From Lingula anatina (Eukaryota > Animalia > Brachiopoda), in NCBI GenBank assembly GCA_051362555.1, contig CM120643.1:28462848-28526847 (forward strand): a stretch of DNA of 64,000 nucleotides, in the 5' to 3' direction. The notes beneath the pieces are model-generated. The model was not told where the DNA came from and made no database searches. It was given only the letters and a program-made list of their open reading frames with translations. Numbering within the stretch: position 1 is the stretch's first letter; each line of letters opens with the position of its first letter. Shown here one piece after another: positions 13,592 to 26,575 of the stretch. Both the position numbers and the translations under genes were made by a program.

Positions 13592-14150
13592 TTAATTGCA
13601 TACCTTGATGCAAAACAGTCTATCGTTTCTTCCACCGCGAGTCCCTTTAATTAATGTATTATATTACTCTTTACCCTTTTTATTTGACACTGTCTCTGTT
13701 TCTCTCCCCTTTTCCTTTCTCTTGTAAGAAGGAGGGCAAATAATTAAGCATTCAAAATATGCATCACCAATCTTCAGAAAAGAATGAGTGAATGAACCTT
13801 TGGGCTGGCCCACAACGTCCGACACAGCAGAATAAATTAAATAACAGCTTTCACATATTTAACTGCATTTAGCTGTATATCGTCACTATATACATAATCC
13901 GCTGCACGCGCGAAGCTGTTGAACAAAAGGATAGTTCTCTATGGAAGACCATTTGTTTACATAAGTACTCTAAGGGGGCGTGCCTAACCAGGCGACAAGA
14001 GGATTAGGCTAGTCACTATATTCCGTCAAATTCGTTTAGCGACCCTATCATTATCACACTCCCTCTATTGTATTTTCTGACGTTATAATTGTATCTAATC
14101 TTCTTACGTTAGATGGAATAAATGCACACATACATAATCTTATGACTGTA

Positions 14151-14354
14151 CAAGTTGGAGATATTGTTCTCATGATAGATGACAGTGCACCAAGAAATCA
14201 GTGGCCACTTGGTCGCATAGCAGAAACCTTTCAAAGTGCAGATGGATATGTGCGTAAGGTCAAGTTGAAAGTTAGGGACTCTACATATGAGAGACCAGTG
14301 CACAAGTTAATTCTTTTATTGACCGGAGAAGACCCCGTCGAGGAGCCAAAATAA
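14151..14354 (+). pseudogene. pol: BEL1 pol segment 3 (integrase C-terminal region)
   Basis: QVGDIVLMIDDSAPRNQWPLGRIAETFQSADGYVRKVKLK...ERPVHKLILL is a typical BEL C-terminus. Confidence 0.92.
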
Positions 14355-14641
14355 CTGTTAACTGTGACAATGTCAGTTTGTTATGATTCTATGCTACGGT
14401 TTGTGTAGATTTAATGAACACTTTTGTTTTATAAAGACAGTTACATGTTGGGGTATTTGTGTTTATGGGATTGCAAGGTATTTTATGTTTAAATACGGTA
14501 ATTAACAGTAAGTTTTGATGTTCCTTAAAGGTGTTTAAGGTACTGTAATTCTTAATAATTTCCGAGCAAATATTTTTTATACGTAATGATAAGGTAAACA
14601 GTGTATATTGTGTAAATTGCTTTCACAATTTAGGGGAGCCA

Positions 14642-15987
14642 TGTTAAGGTTTGGCCCGTCTTAGCTGTTATGCAACATCGGCGTAGATAGCGTTTTACTT
14701 TTTTGACTAGAGCACGCGCTTATCATAGTTATGTTCTGATCATTAAAAGTCACTAATTCCCGCAATGAGGTAAGACTTTATGAATCATTTAGTAATTTAA
14801 ACAGTTAATAAGAACTTTATAAGTTGTAATTGTAACATAATGTAACGAAAATTTCAATTAAATTATTGTGAACACAGAAAAAGTGCCTTTAAGTGCATTT
14901 GACTCATGCGCTAAATATTTAAACTTAATTAATGTATAATGTATTCCTTTTCAATGTACCAGTGCTGTTGTAATAAGCCCTGTAAATATCTATTGCGGAG
15001 ATTCAGAAGATTTTCAGAAAACTCGACTTTTCTGCTAAACGGTAGTTACACGTGAGTGTAAACACGTTTAGCAGTGGTTCTCTCCCTGTCCAAAAACCCC
15101 CTGGGTAAGAGCCACCATCCACCCCATTTTCAGCTGCCAAGCACTCGTTGGGTGAAGATTCCCAGACGCAGTAGAGCTACACTCGAGGTTCCGATTGAGA
15201 GGACTTGTTCTCTCTGGCAGGTTCACTGGGGCGGTAGTAAAAGCAGTTGGTTGGTAGCAGGGTTCACGCCGAGTCGGGACCCTTAGCTGTTGGTTGGTGT
15301 CGCAGGGTTTACGCTGTGTCGGGACCCTTAGCAGGTGGCTGGACGGAGAACGGGAAGTTGGGCTCTCCCGTGGGTTCGTGCCGTGACAGAACCCAAGGCA
15401 GGTGGTTTGTCGCAGGGTTTACGCCGTGTCGAGACCCTTAGCAGGTGGCTGGACGGAGAACGGGAAGTTGGGCTCTCCCGTGGGTTTCTGCCGTGACAGA
15501 ACGCTAAGTAGGTGATTGGTCGGAGAGTCCGGGCCGTGTCGGAACTCTAGGCAAGTGGCTGGTTGGAAAACGGGAAGCAAGCTGTCCCGAGGGTGTGCGC
15601 CGTGCCAGCACCCTAAGTCGTTGATTGAAGGAGGGAAGTCTACCGCTTAGACTCTCCCAAAGGTGCGCACAGTGTTGGCACTTGTAGCTGTGGGCCGGTA
15701 GAAGAGGAGCCACTGCTGTCACAGTCTCCCACCGATTAGAAGTTTATGCAGAACTAAAACTGGACATTAACTGAATATATCCAAAGGACATATATTTAAC
15801 GTGGACTTAAAGACAATAACTGAATATCAGAGTGGGCATTATTACCACATTGCATTTTGTTGGATTTTAATAAACATTTTGAACCTTTTTACATCAGCAG
15901 TTTGTTTCTTGGATTTGAACCTTTAAAACAATGACGAATCCCTTTTAATACTGTACGGACTGAAGTACCAACATAAAATCCGTTACA
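14642..15987 (+). repeat. 3' LTR of BEL1 (~1.35 kb), preceded by a PPT
   Basis: PPT taggggagcca ends at 14641. Termini tgttaagg...ccgttaca, AATAAA near 15869, internal GC-rich tandem repeats at 15250-15625. Confidence 0.8.
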
Positions 15988-16688
15988 ATAATTTAAGGAT
16001 AATTTCTTAATTTGATTTATTTTGTTCATTTCAGTTTCTACGTGACAATTTCAATGACAAGCAAATAAAATAGATGTGAAAAGGACTAAAGAAGTTTGCT
16101 TATTCGTAACAGTCTTGCTATTAACCACTGTTTGAAGAGTAGTATCACAGCAACATCTTTCTTCAGTTTTTTCCACGAAGATCGGCGTTTTAGAATCTTA
16201 TCTATCACCGATTCTTGTACTGACTCACTTCTTTGTGCTAGACATGTCTTGGGTCTCTTTACCTCTTTATCTTCATCTGACACTCCCTTGACATCTGGAG
16301 TTTCTGGCCAGTGGCACTCACTCTGCTTAAGAAATTCTGGTCCTTCAATCCATCTGATACTGTTAACCATTTCATGGGCAGTGAGTCCCCTTGTGCAATC
16401 GTCAGCTGGGTTCCTCTTTGAATCGAAGTAAGTGCCACTGTGACGGAATTGAACCTTCTCTGATGACAGACTTTGTTTTCAACGTATGTTTGAAATCGTT
16501 TATCTTCACTTCGAATGTAACTCAAAGTACACGTGCTGTCTGTCCAAAATATTGAAACAGGGAAAGTGAGTTCCTCTCGTATCATGTAATCTAATCTGAC
16601 TGCCATAGTAGCTGCTGTAAGCTCGAGGCGCGGAATTGTAAGCTGCTTGATCGGTGCCAACCGAGCCTTTGACATCAACAATGAAGTA

Positions 16689-19600
16689 CAGTCATAAGAT
16701 TATGTATGTGTGCATTTATTCCATCTAACGTAAGAAGATTAGATACAATTATAACGTCAGAAAATACAATAGAGGGAGTGTGATAATGATAGGGTCGCTA
16801 AACGAATTTGACGGAATATAGTGACTAGCCTAATCCTCTTGTCGCCTGGTTAGGCACGCCCCCTTAGAGTACTTATGTAAACAAAATGTCTTCCATAGAG
16901 AACTATCCTTTTGTTCAACAGCTTCGCGCGTGCAGCGGATTATGTATATAGTGACGCTATACAGCTAACTGCAGTTAAATCTGTGAAAGCTGTTATTTAA
17001 TTTATTCTGATGTGTCGGACGTTGTGGGCCAGCCCAATGGTTCATTCACTCATTCTTTTCTGAAGATTGGTGGTGCATATTTTGAATGCTTAATTATTTG
17101 CCCTCCTTCTTACAAGAGAAAGGAAAAGGGGAGAGAAACAGAGACAGTGTCAAATAAAAAGGGTAAAGAGTAATATAATACATTAATTAAAGGGACTCGC
17201 GGTAGGAGAAACGATAGACTGTTTTGCATCAAGGTATGCAATTATAATCCCACATGGCCATCGCATATACGGCCGTAGTTTAAATACATTACTCATAGTT
17301 GTATTAAATTACATTATTTTGCTGAATAGACATACATTTTAAAGTTGGTCTTTCAGGAAATCGTTTTGTTTGAAATAACACAAACGACAGAGGTGAAATC
17401 ACATATAAATTTATTCTGAAATAAAATGTTTCGCTAGATCGTGTTTACACTCAGCGAAATGCACATAGTGATTATATTCAATGTGCCACCATTTAATTGC
17501 TTTCTCGGTTTAATTAATTGACGATAATAATTGCAGTAAGCAGGAAGGAGGAAATGCTGAAGACAAAACAACGCCGTGGGTATGTGTGACTTTCTCCCTT
17601 AACATTTTCTATGATGCTGTCAAAGGAAAAATAACCGAGATAGCGATCATTTAAACCGCTGCTGTTTACAGGTGGACTTCTTCGTTTATCATTTAAATGC
17701 CCCCTCCCCCAGCAGACCCAACTTGAGGAATGCCATTGTAGCTACAGTACACTGTATATCAAACTCCGGTCCAAGTTATGAACTTTTTTAAATATCGATT
17801 ACAACATGCTGTACAATGACTGAGTCGTGAAAGGGGTATTGGACTTCTTTACGTTAAAAACAAATTCATTTCGAAATCAAAAGAGCATTTTTTTTTTTTT
17901 TGGGGGGGGGAGGGGGGGCGTGGGGGGAGGTAAATAGTAACTCATTCCGTAATCCTTATTGGACATTTATTTAATCGTATCAAAACGTTTGATATACAAT
18001 GTTCACTAGTGTCATGATTTTGGCGATTTATTAAAACCATATTTGTACAAAATAGGTTAGCATAAGTTAGGCAAAAACCAGTGTGAAGAACGACTCCCTT
18101 TTTAAGTGAGGCAAGACAACCTATTCAAACTGATTATAACCTTGATAAAGACACAAGGCAAAGGAGTTATGTAAACTAGCGTGTGAAAACACATTCTTTG
18201 TCACTGTTACAAGACAATGGAGGCGACCAAGTGGAGTAATTACAATATACCCTTGTACAGTCAAAGAGAAATTAGTTATGCCAGCTTACTTCGGGTCAGC
18301 CCTTAATTTGCTTGTTCGAAAGAAAGAGATAGATGTCGCAACGCGAATCCTTTTATTAACCCTTCATGGGTTTGTGTAAAAGTGTGAAAGACAGCTAGGC
18401 AACGATCTCGAGTCGCTGTTGATATTGTTCGCAATTAATATTGGAGTATACCGCCTACATGTAAACATCAGACAAGGCGTTGAGATCGATAAAAGTGGAG
18501 GTTTATCTGAAAAATTAGATGCCATTTTTGTGAAATGACTTATTAAATGATGTGCATGTACCTAACATGTTTAAATTCTTGATTCTTATTATTTGAAACA
18601 TCTTCATACACGGCCTCATATTTATATTTCTCTCAGGCCATACTCATTTGCTTGTATAACATGGGACTCTAAAGCACAGGGCATTGTGAAAGTTAATTGG
18701 CTACAGAGACTCGTTATCCTTCATGTATTTATATAGCGTGGATGAACTAGAAACATGCTTTACTTAGCTTTACTTAAATTGACTTGATGTTAACCTAACA
18801 CTGGTTTTAAAAGAAGAAATATTAATATGTTCGATGGATTAAATCACCGACACCGTTCTATTTTAACTTGGTCAAATACACAGTAACACAGATAATATTT
18901 ATAAGTTGTCTGTCGTTCAGCACGCATTATAGGCGAGTAGCCAAACAGTGACGATGATCAATCCAAGTAAAATTTAGGCATGTGTTGTTTACAAAATGGA
19001 TCATGATGAATAAACCTACGCTTTAATAAACAATCACCACACGGTTCTGTTTTTGTCACTTAAAAGCTTTCGTTTAAAGACGCTCAATGATATCAAAAAT
19101 CATTCGACCCTGTAAAAATGGACCGGTTCAAGGGGCATTTTTTGTTTCAGCTAGGGGGATTTCAGGAAGAGGATTCAGTGTAGGTGTTTCCTCGGATGAT
19201 AGCAGCATCACACCCTAGGTCTAAGCCAGTTGACTAGAAGCTTTTTGTCCAACCATCCTATTCCTACTACTAAACTTATAACTCTAAACCACAAAGGTTT
19301 ATGCGGTAAAAATATTTAAACTAAGTGAGGTGTATTGACAGAGGCACAAGTACAATCCAACGCCAACGTGCAACAGGGGAAAGTCTGTCAGTGTATTACA
19401 TAATATATGAAAGTGCGGTCAATATTAACAGTGTAAGACATCAGTTAAAGAGGAGGGGGTCTTACTATCTTTTGTTAAACGCGACTGTTATTATCTCTCG
19501 AACAAGCTTAAACCATGCCTTATACAATTACTGTGTCTCTGGCTGTGCAGAAACGGCATGTCGAACATATTTTGCTACAGTTACAAACAGGGCAAACTAG

Positions 19601-21054
19601 CGACTTGTTCTAGATCGCTCTAGTAAGAAAGCATAAGTGCGGCGCCCGGGCAAAACAATCAACTACCCGGTATAACATTCATATCTTAGCGTTTACATAT
19701 GACGCGCAAAGAGCTAAGTACATATGACGCGCAATGAGCTAAGCAATTAGCCTTAACAAAGTGGTCCGTTTTAAAACAACAACGAGAAAAAAGAACGCCT
19801 TGTCATAGTTATGAGACAAATCGCTTGCAACGTGCAACAAGGGGGATGGCTGACACTGTGGTCACACTACATGTTTATGTACGTTGAATTAACAGTCTTA
19901 GACATCGCCCAAAGAGGCAGGACTTACTATAGCCCTCAATCTATTGTTAAACGCGATCATTATCTGTTCTCATGCAACCTTAAACAAAACCTAAGCAATA
20001 AGATTGTTAAATCAGATAAGTGATGTAAAATCATATAGGAAATTTACGTTAACGACGGAGACTTTCATTCGCAAAGTTAATGAAACAAGACTGGTCCAAG
20101 TTAACTGCCCATATTGAATAAATCTTAGGCTGATAAACCTATAGCCCTGCTTTACTTTGGTAATAGTTAATTAGTAAGCTAGGTTTATTCACATCACTTA
20201 TGCTGCAAACAACCCATTTTGAACGCAATCGTCATCGCTCCAGAACAACCTGAAATCATGCCTATACAATATTAGGAGATGCACGTCGAGTAAAAGATTC
20301 AACACCTGGGTGCCCAGCACTATTATGAAAAGGAAAAATGACTTGATGTTTCATGCACAATCATCATCGAAAGCCTAATATCATTATGCTTCGTGCGCAG
20401 TCGATTTTTATCAGAATAAAAAGTGTGTTTTATACAAGCAAAATCTAACTTTCCTTTATAACTGTTACTGAACAGCGAAGAGTTACATACACCCGGTTAT
20501 AATTTACAAATGTAATTATGAGGCTAATTTCTCTAATGTGGAATGAAATATTTTGTTGGCTTTCAAATGATAGGACACTCACTTTAATCTTAAAAGAAAT
20601 TAGTTTATATGCTCGTTCCCCTAACGCGCGTGCAAAAAAGTCCCATCAAATAAACAGATACATATCTGTCTATACTGGCAACTAGTGAAAATCTATCTGT
20701 GGCCCTGATAATGGGTAGACTTCACAGCGATTATTAAATCAAAATTTATTTATGAAATTATTTAAAATAATTTATCTTTTATTTAATGATTTATACCATC
20801 TAATTTCTATCTATCTTTTTTATTTGATTCTTAATGTCATCTTATTATTTACTTTATTCTTTAAATAATTTATTTATTTATCAAGCCCGTAGCCAGCAAT
20901 TTCAAAGGGGGGGGGGGGGATCCTTTTCTGACAAAGTGGACCTTTTACCGGAAAATCTCCATGTAATTATGTCAAATTTTACCCAGAGTGGACTTTTTTT
21001 CAGCAAAAGGGGGGTCTTTCGAACCTCCCGAACTCCCCCTGGCTGCGGGCCTGT

Positions 21055-21093
<39 letters not shown>

Positions 21094-21846
21094 TTAAGAC
21101 TTTCTATTATTATCCTTTGACGGATTCGCTCTCTTATTTTATATAAAATGTAACTTAATGTAGTAATTGAGGCAACACGTCAGCTTGTAATGTGAAAAAA
21201 TTGTTTTAATAATGTTTCTTTCTTTGTTATTTCTAAACAGTTATCTATTTTTACACAGGAAGCGATGATGGAAATTTGTGTACGGAGCATCTTTAAACTT
21301 TTTGAGACGGGGTGATTTGTTGATCATGCTGATGTACGTTGCTGATACATGTATATCAAATTCAATTTTTGACCACAGAACACTTCATATTGAATAAAAT
21401 AACTGATACTAAATTAAACTAGCAGTTTTCTTGCAACAATTAATTAATACATGATCTGCTGCGCGTGCCAAGCTAGTGAACAAAAGGATAGGTGGCCACG
21501 GGAGTGGCACGCGTTAGCATGGGTTCTAGCATCTTAAAGCTATAATCTTATCGCCGCAACAAACAATAGGCACCTTCTGGCTGATGTATCCTGCTGTTAA
21601 TTACACCTGGTCACAGCGGATTGTCCCGCTCGCGCTGGACCACAGAAACAGGCGTCATGGGGTTCACTCGCCTAAGGTATTGTGTGTTATTACGTCTAAA
21701 CTATTGTGTTTTGGCGTTCGAATTTTGAAGGGATTAGACGGCTCTCCATTGTTTGTCCGCCCCCTTCTATTCATAGGATAGGGATTAAAACGTTTCTGAC
21801 GTTTTTAAAACGTCGTACAACGGAAACTTAATTTTTATTACTACTG
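16689..21846 (-). mobile_element. Non-coding TA-TSD element, copy 2 (5158 bp)
   Basis: TA at 16687-16688 and 21847-21848. Removal restores SYLRVQDISGQIH-TSLLMSKAR. It is the reverse complement of copy 1. Confidence 0.9.
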
Positions 21847-21888
21847 TATGTATCTGACCTGAGATGTCTTGTACACGGAGGTAACTTA

Positions 21889-22111
21889 TACCCCCTTTAC
21901 ACTGGACGGCGTCCTTTCTGCGTCCTTTCTGCGACCATGAAATTTGGCATCGCTGTGGTCTTAATAAGGAGGCACGAGCATTGATTTGGTATCAGAATGA
22001 ATGCTCAATGATCGGCCAGTTGTCGGCACGTTAAGTATTATAATTCTTTAACTCTCAAATGGGGCCGAACTGCTGGACGCAGAAGGGACGCCGTCCAGTG
22101 TAAAGGGGGCT
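21889..22111. mobile_element. Harbinger/Tourist-type MITE
   Basis: TIR ccccctttacactggacggcgtcc, TTA TSD (21886-21888, 22112-22114). Removal restores AYGVVSYL. Confidence 0.88.
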
Positions 22112-24748
22112 TTACAACACCATATGCCATGGTAGACGCATTAGAAAAATGGTGTAAATGAATGCTGGCAATCTTCTCAGGCTGTACACATCTTGGTATT
22201 TTCATTTCTTTCATCTTGGGCAAGCTGTTCTTCCAATCTGACCACTCTACCTGGGTTTTATAAGGCACAGTTTCATCCCAACCTATCTTATCTCGTGTTA
22301 AATCTTGCAATATCTTCTTCGCACTGATAGTGAAGGGAGAAATAGGGTCATAAATAGAACTGATGGCACTTAAAAGGCCTCTCTTGGTCAATGGTTTCTT
22401 CTCAAGATCCATTTTATAGATGAAGCTGTCCACTTCTATGTCCCAGCAAACACCAAGAGCGCATTCTGTCGGCAAGGCCTGTAAATTCAAATTAAGATTC
22501 TTAATAGGCTTGGCTTTGTCTATGTCTGGTATCTTGGATAACATTTCTCTGCTGTTGCTAATCCACTTCGTCAGGTGGAAACCTCCCGTTTGCAGCAGAC
22601 TTTGTAATTGACTGACCATGGTGATTGCCTCCGTTTCACTCATTACCGACTTTAAACAGTCATCTATAAAAAAAGTCTGTAAAACAGTATTGACTACTTC
22701 TGTGTCGTAATGACCTTTGTTGTCTTCTGCTGTGCGTTGCAATGCAAAATTACAGCAACTGGAACTCCATCTGCCACCGAACAAATGTACTGTCATTCGA
22801 TAAACTTTCTGTTCTCTTTCCAGATCTCCTTAAGGCCACCATAGAAAACGAAGAGAATCTCTCTGCACTTCTGGTATCTTCACTTGATGATACATGGCTT
22901 CTATGTCAGACATGATGGCTATAGGGTGCTGTCTAAAGCGTAACAATACACCTAATTAAGAATTCACAATGGCCCCTGTACTGTAGAACTTGACTATTAA
23001 ATGAGACACCCTGATGGCTAGCTTTACAGTCAAATACTACCCTTACTTTGTCTGTTTTTTTGAGGTTCACAACATTATGGTGGGGTAGGTACCATACACT
23101 GCCGTCTTCTTTGTCAACTTCCTCAGGGCTGACTTGTTCTGCATGACCTTTGTCAATTAAGTCCTCCATAAATTCTGTGTACGCTTGATGTAAGTTAGGA
23201 TCATGTGACAATTTTCGCTTTAAGCTGTGTAGGCGTTGCTCGGCCATCTGCTTGTTTGGCGGAAAATGAGGCTGCCTGTCTTTAAATGGTATCGGTAAAC
23301 TGCAATGCTCGTCATGTTGAATCTTATCTTCCCATAAAGCGAGGACCCGCTTGTCTTCAATTGATAAACCCTTTTTATCAGATATCAATGTTCCATGGTC
23401 TTCTATTTTCTAAAACTGTTCCAATTGCTCATTCAGCTCGCGATCTGCCTGAATAAATGTTGTCGTGGCAACATGTCTACTCTTGCCACCAAGCGGTCCA
23501 TTTAATGTCCAGCCCAACACAGTTTTTGTTGCATATGGCTCATTTGGATTTTTACCTCTCTTCACATCAATAGGCATAAGCACCTCTGGATTGTCTTCCC
23601 CAATTATTATGCTCACCTTGGCATTCATGTGATCTATTTCAGGAAAATTCACATATTCATCTTGTAAGTGACTCCACTTTCTGATGTCCTCTGCACGACC
23701 CATGTTTTCCATGTTTACAGGTAATGATGGTCTTGTATACACAACTGGCAAATCAATCACGTTTGTCTTCTAAATCAGAAATCTGTCAACTGATCACTAC
23801 AGTCTCTGAGGCACTATGTTCCTTTTCTATAGTCGTAAGCTTTAACACTGTATTTTCTCCCTGTGCACCAATAGACTGCATCAACTCTTCTGAGCAAAAT
23901 GTACTGGTGGATCCCGAGTCCAGCAACGCATAGGTGTGCACAAAGTGTGATTTTCCTGGAACTTTCACTTTCACTTTTACTATTGGCAAGGCTATTCGCA
24001 TACCACTTTCCTTTCTGGTCCCATGAGCTCCATACGGAGCTTCATTGACAGCACTGAGAGAAGTGTTTAGCCCTGTCTGAATATGAGATAAATCTTCATA
24101 AACTTGTTCCCTTGTAACAGTTGGCTTCACCTGGTGCAAGAATTTAGTGTGTTTTTGATTGCACCCTTGCACTGAGCACGTACGTTGTAATCTACACATC
24201 TCAGAGAAATGTCCTGGCTTTAAACAGTTGTAACACAGTTTATTGTCATTGGCAAATTTGAGTTTCTCAGGCAATTTCATGGCTTTTAATTCTGTACACC
24301 CAAACAATGAATGAATGCTGCCACACTTAATGCATGGTGACTGAAAAGATTTTCTTGTGTCACCATTAGGCTGTGAACTGGTGTCACCATTAGGCTGTGA
24401 ACTGGTAGCTGTAATACTGTAACTCCATCGGTTGTTGGGTCGCCTCTGCGAATCACTGCGACTGTCACTCCTTTTCACATGTGCTAGGCCACCATACACT
24501 GGATCATTTGCTATTTCTGCATTTTCAACAACAAATGCAGTGACATCTTTAATATCTGGGGACCTTCCTTCCTTCCTTTCTTATCTTACTTAGGCTACTT
24601 CTTGTTTCCATTTGCAAATAACCAGGGAGACGTTCAATGATCTTGACCAGTGAGGCTGAACCAAATCTTTCATTCAGTAATGCTTTAGCCTTTTTATATC
24701 CATCTTCAGGGTTCATTACAGCACAACACTGAAATACACCATGAGCTT

Positions 24749-24916
24749 CAGGGGCGGATCCAGAGATATTTTCTGACAGTCTTCCAAATTATCTCTGTTA
24801 ATTCGTCCTCAATTTCTGACCGTCTTCCGACAGAAAATATTAGATACCCGTCAATGTAAACTTAAAAATCTGACCGTCTTCCGGAAGACCCAGAAGACGG
24901 CCTAAATCCGCCCCTG
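24749..24916. mobile_element. hAT-like MITE with 5-bp TSD
   Basis: Termini caggggcggat / atccgcccctg, flanked by agctt on both sides. Removal restores gag TSGKAHGVFQCC. Confidence 0.85.
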
Positions 24917-26218
24917 AGCTTTTCCACTGGTATAATGAAGCAAACGAATTAATCTTGCGCTGCTGTCCACAGTTTCTTTATCCACACTATTTTCAAAAGT
25001 TTTGATAAAATTCCAATACTGAAGAGGGTCTCCGTCAAATTTGTCTATTTCAACTTTAGGAATTTGTATATAGTTAACTAAATGATGAATCACATCATGA
25101 CTACTCAGGTTTGACTCAAGTTGGTGGATTTTACCTGAATGTCCTGTTTCGTAGATGAAATTGGGGCACTGAACACCATCTCAGCTTCAGCATACGCAGT
25201 TTCTTCTGCTAACAATTTTGCTCTTTCAGTGTCCAACTTGAGTTTCTCCCTTTGTTGTTTCAATTTCAATACCTGTTCGTTCAAATTTTTCTTCACTTCA
25301 AAAGTTGCCAATTCTGCCTCAATGGCCATCCGTTATGCCTTCGCTTTCAAGCGAGCTTCAGTTGAGCTCATGCTCAAACTGCTAAATAAGCTGGCCGATT
25401 ATATGTCTTCTATTTTTTGTTGCACGTCCATTTTATCTACCTATAGATCTCTCGAGTTTCACTGTCGCGGGTGTCAATCAATTTTATTGAACTGTCATAG
25501 TATAGTAACTTCAACGTAACATCAACTGGAAACAAATGGTACAGTGTATCAACTTACATCAACGTGAAACTCGTTGCGAGAATCTGACGACTTGTCTAAG
25601 AAAGTTTAACATGTCATGTCTCAATTTCTGTGCCGGGAAAAAACAAAATACAATCAACACCGATAGTACATTATGCTCAAGACACTACTAAAAATAACTA
25701 CTCGTCAGTTACACATGGACTATTCTATGTTCGATATTACTAGATCGTGATAGAAAAGAGGGGACGGGGCATTAATGTCCTCGCAAAGTGGTCAAATGTT
25801 CAATGATGTTCAAACTGCAGGTACTCATGAGGCCAAATTAATTATTGATGTTTCACGATGAGAGAAAAATGATCGAATCATTTAAATGGGCCTTTGGTAA
25901 TGGGGGTATCCATAAACGGATATATTCAGATGAGAACGATATTCATTGGTTGGTTTGTCGTCTGCCACGTGTGTCACCACAGACGGCGAGACACGTACTG
26001 GTAGTGTTTCAAGTAAAATAGATTAACTGATATGTTTTTCAGTTTAATTATCACATGCATTGCAGTTTTGAAAATATGATGATCCAATTTTAAAACGCAC
26101 TTTGTAAATTATACAAAATAAGAGACAGCTTGAATTCATTGCCTGGTTCAAAGAAAGATAGAGGTCGTAAGCAAACACATTTTCCATTAGGCTTATCGTT
26201 TCTAGCGGTAGGGCTCTA

Positions 26219-26575
26219 TGTTACGGGTCAGAGTACCCAATGCCAGCAAAAATCAATGACAAAAGATTTAAAGAAGTTTTAATATTTTATGAAAACTAAA
26301 TAAACTAATGACAATAACAATAAGCTATTCTTAATACACAAATAAACCTATCTGAAAGCATGAAGTGTCCTGTGTGAAAGTCCGATGTGAATCCGTCGAC
26401 TGGAGAGTGAATGGAGACAAATCGGCTCAAAGTTCAGTGAAAGTGTCCGATGAAATCCCACAGTAATTACGATGCAAGTTCCAGTAGAAAATATGAGTGT
26501 TGGTTCAGTGGTAAATAGGTTCCAAAAAAAATATTCTCCTTCAAAAGTCCCAAAACAAAAAAACAGTCTCCTATC
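26219..26575 (-). repeat. Truncated 3' LTR of the Gypsy element
   Basis: Near-identical to 33255-33612, then fuses directly to RNase H codons. The PPT and the end of pol are deleted. Confidence 0.88.

Larger units (their letters stand above)
4983..14148 (+). mobile_element. Non-coding TA-TSD element, copy 1 (~5.3 kb plus a nested 3.8-kb insertion)
   Basis: TA at 4981-4982 and 14149-14150. Removal restores integrase codons H-R-D-V-Q-V-G-D. Termini are CAGT...ACTG. A near-identical inverted copy lies at 16689-21846. Confidence 0.9.
1..15987 (+). mobile_element. BEL/Pao LTR retrotransposon 1 (5' part outside window), interrupted by two insertions
   Basis: RT 'FYVDDGLKS' (frame 2, ~71-97), Pao RNase H region 'ELHHFSDAS', integrase 'AVDFFGP...DRGTNF...GVWERMIR', C-terminal 'GDIVL...WPLGRI', PPT, then a TG..CA LTR. 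The reading frame rejoins across both insertions. Confidence 0.95.
16100..25400 (-). mobile_element. BEL/Pao retrotransposon 2 (degenerate gag-pol; integrase and LTRs not seen), with three nested insertions
   Basis: Gag 'IDKFDGDPLQY', CCHC knuckles (CYNCLKPGH), protease 'ALLDSGS', RT 'WYLPHH..KVRVVFD' and 'FFIDDCLKS', 'SKARLAPIKQLTIPRLEL'; many frameshifts. Confidence 0.92.

Noticed and set aside
4983-14148. TA element as a spliceosomal introner that rescues the host ORF
   Set aside because: A GT lies near the 5' end, but there is no AG at the position needed to restore the frame in any of the three copies.
4983-21846. One giant foldback element or inversion formed by the two inverted 5-kb repeats
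   Set aside because: Each copy has its own TA TSD in a different retrotransposon, so they are independent insertions.
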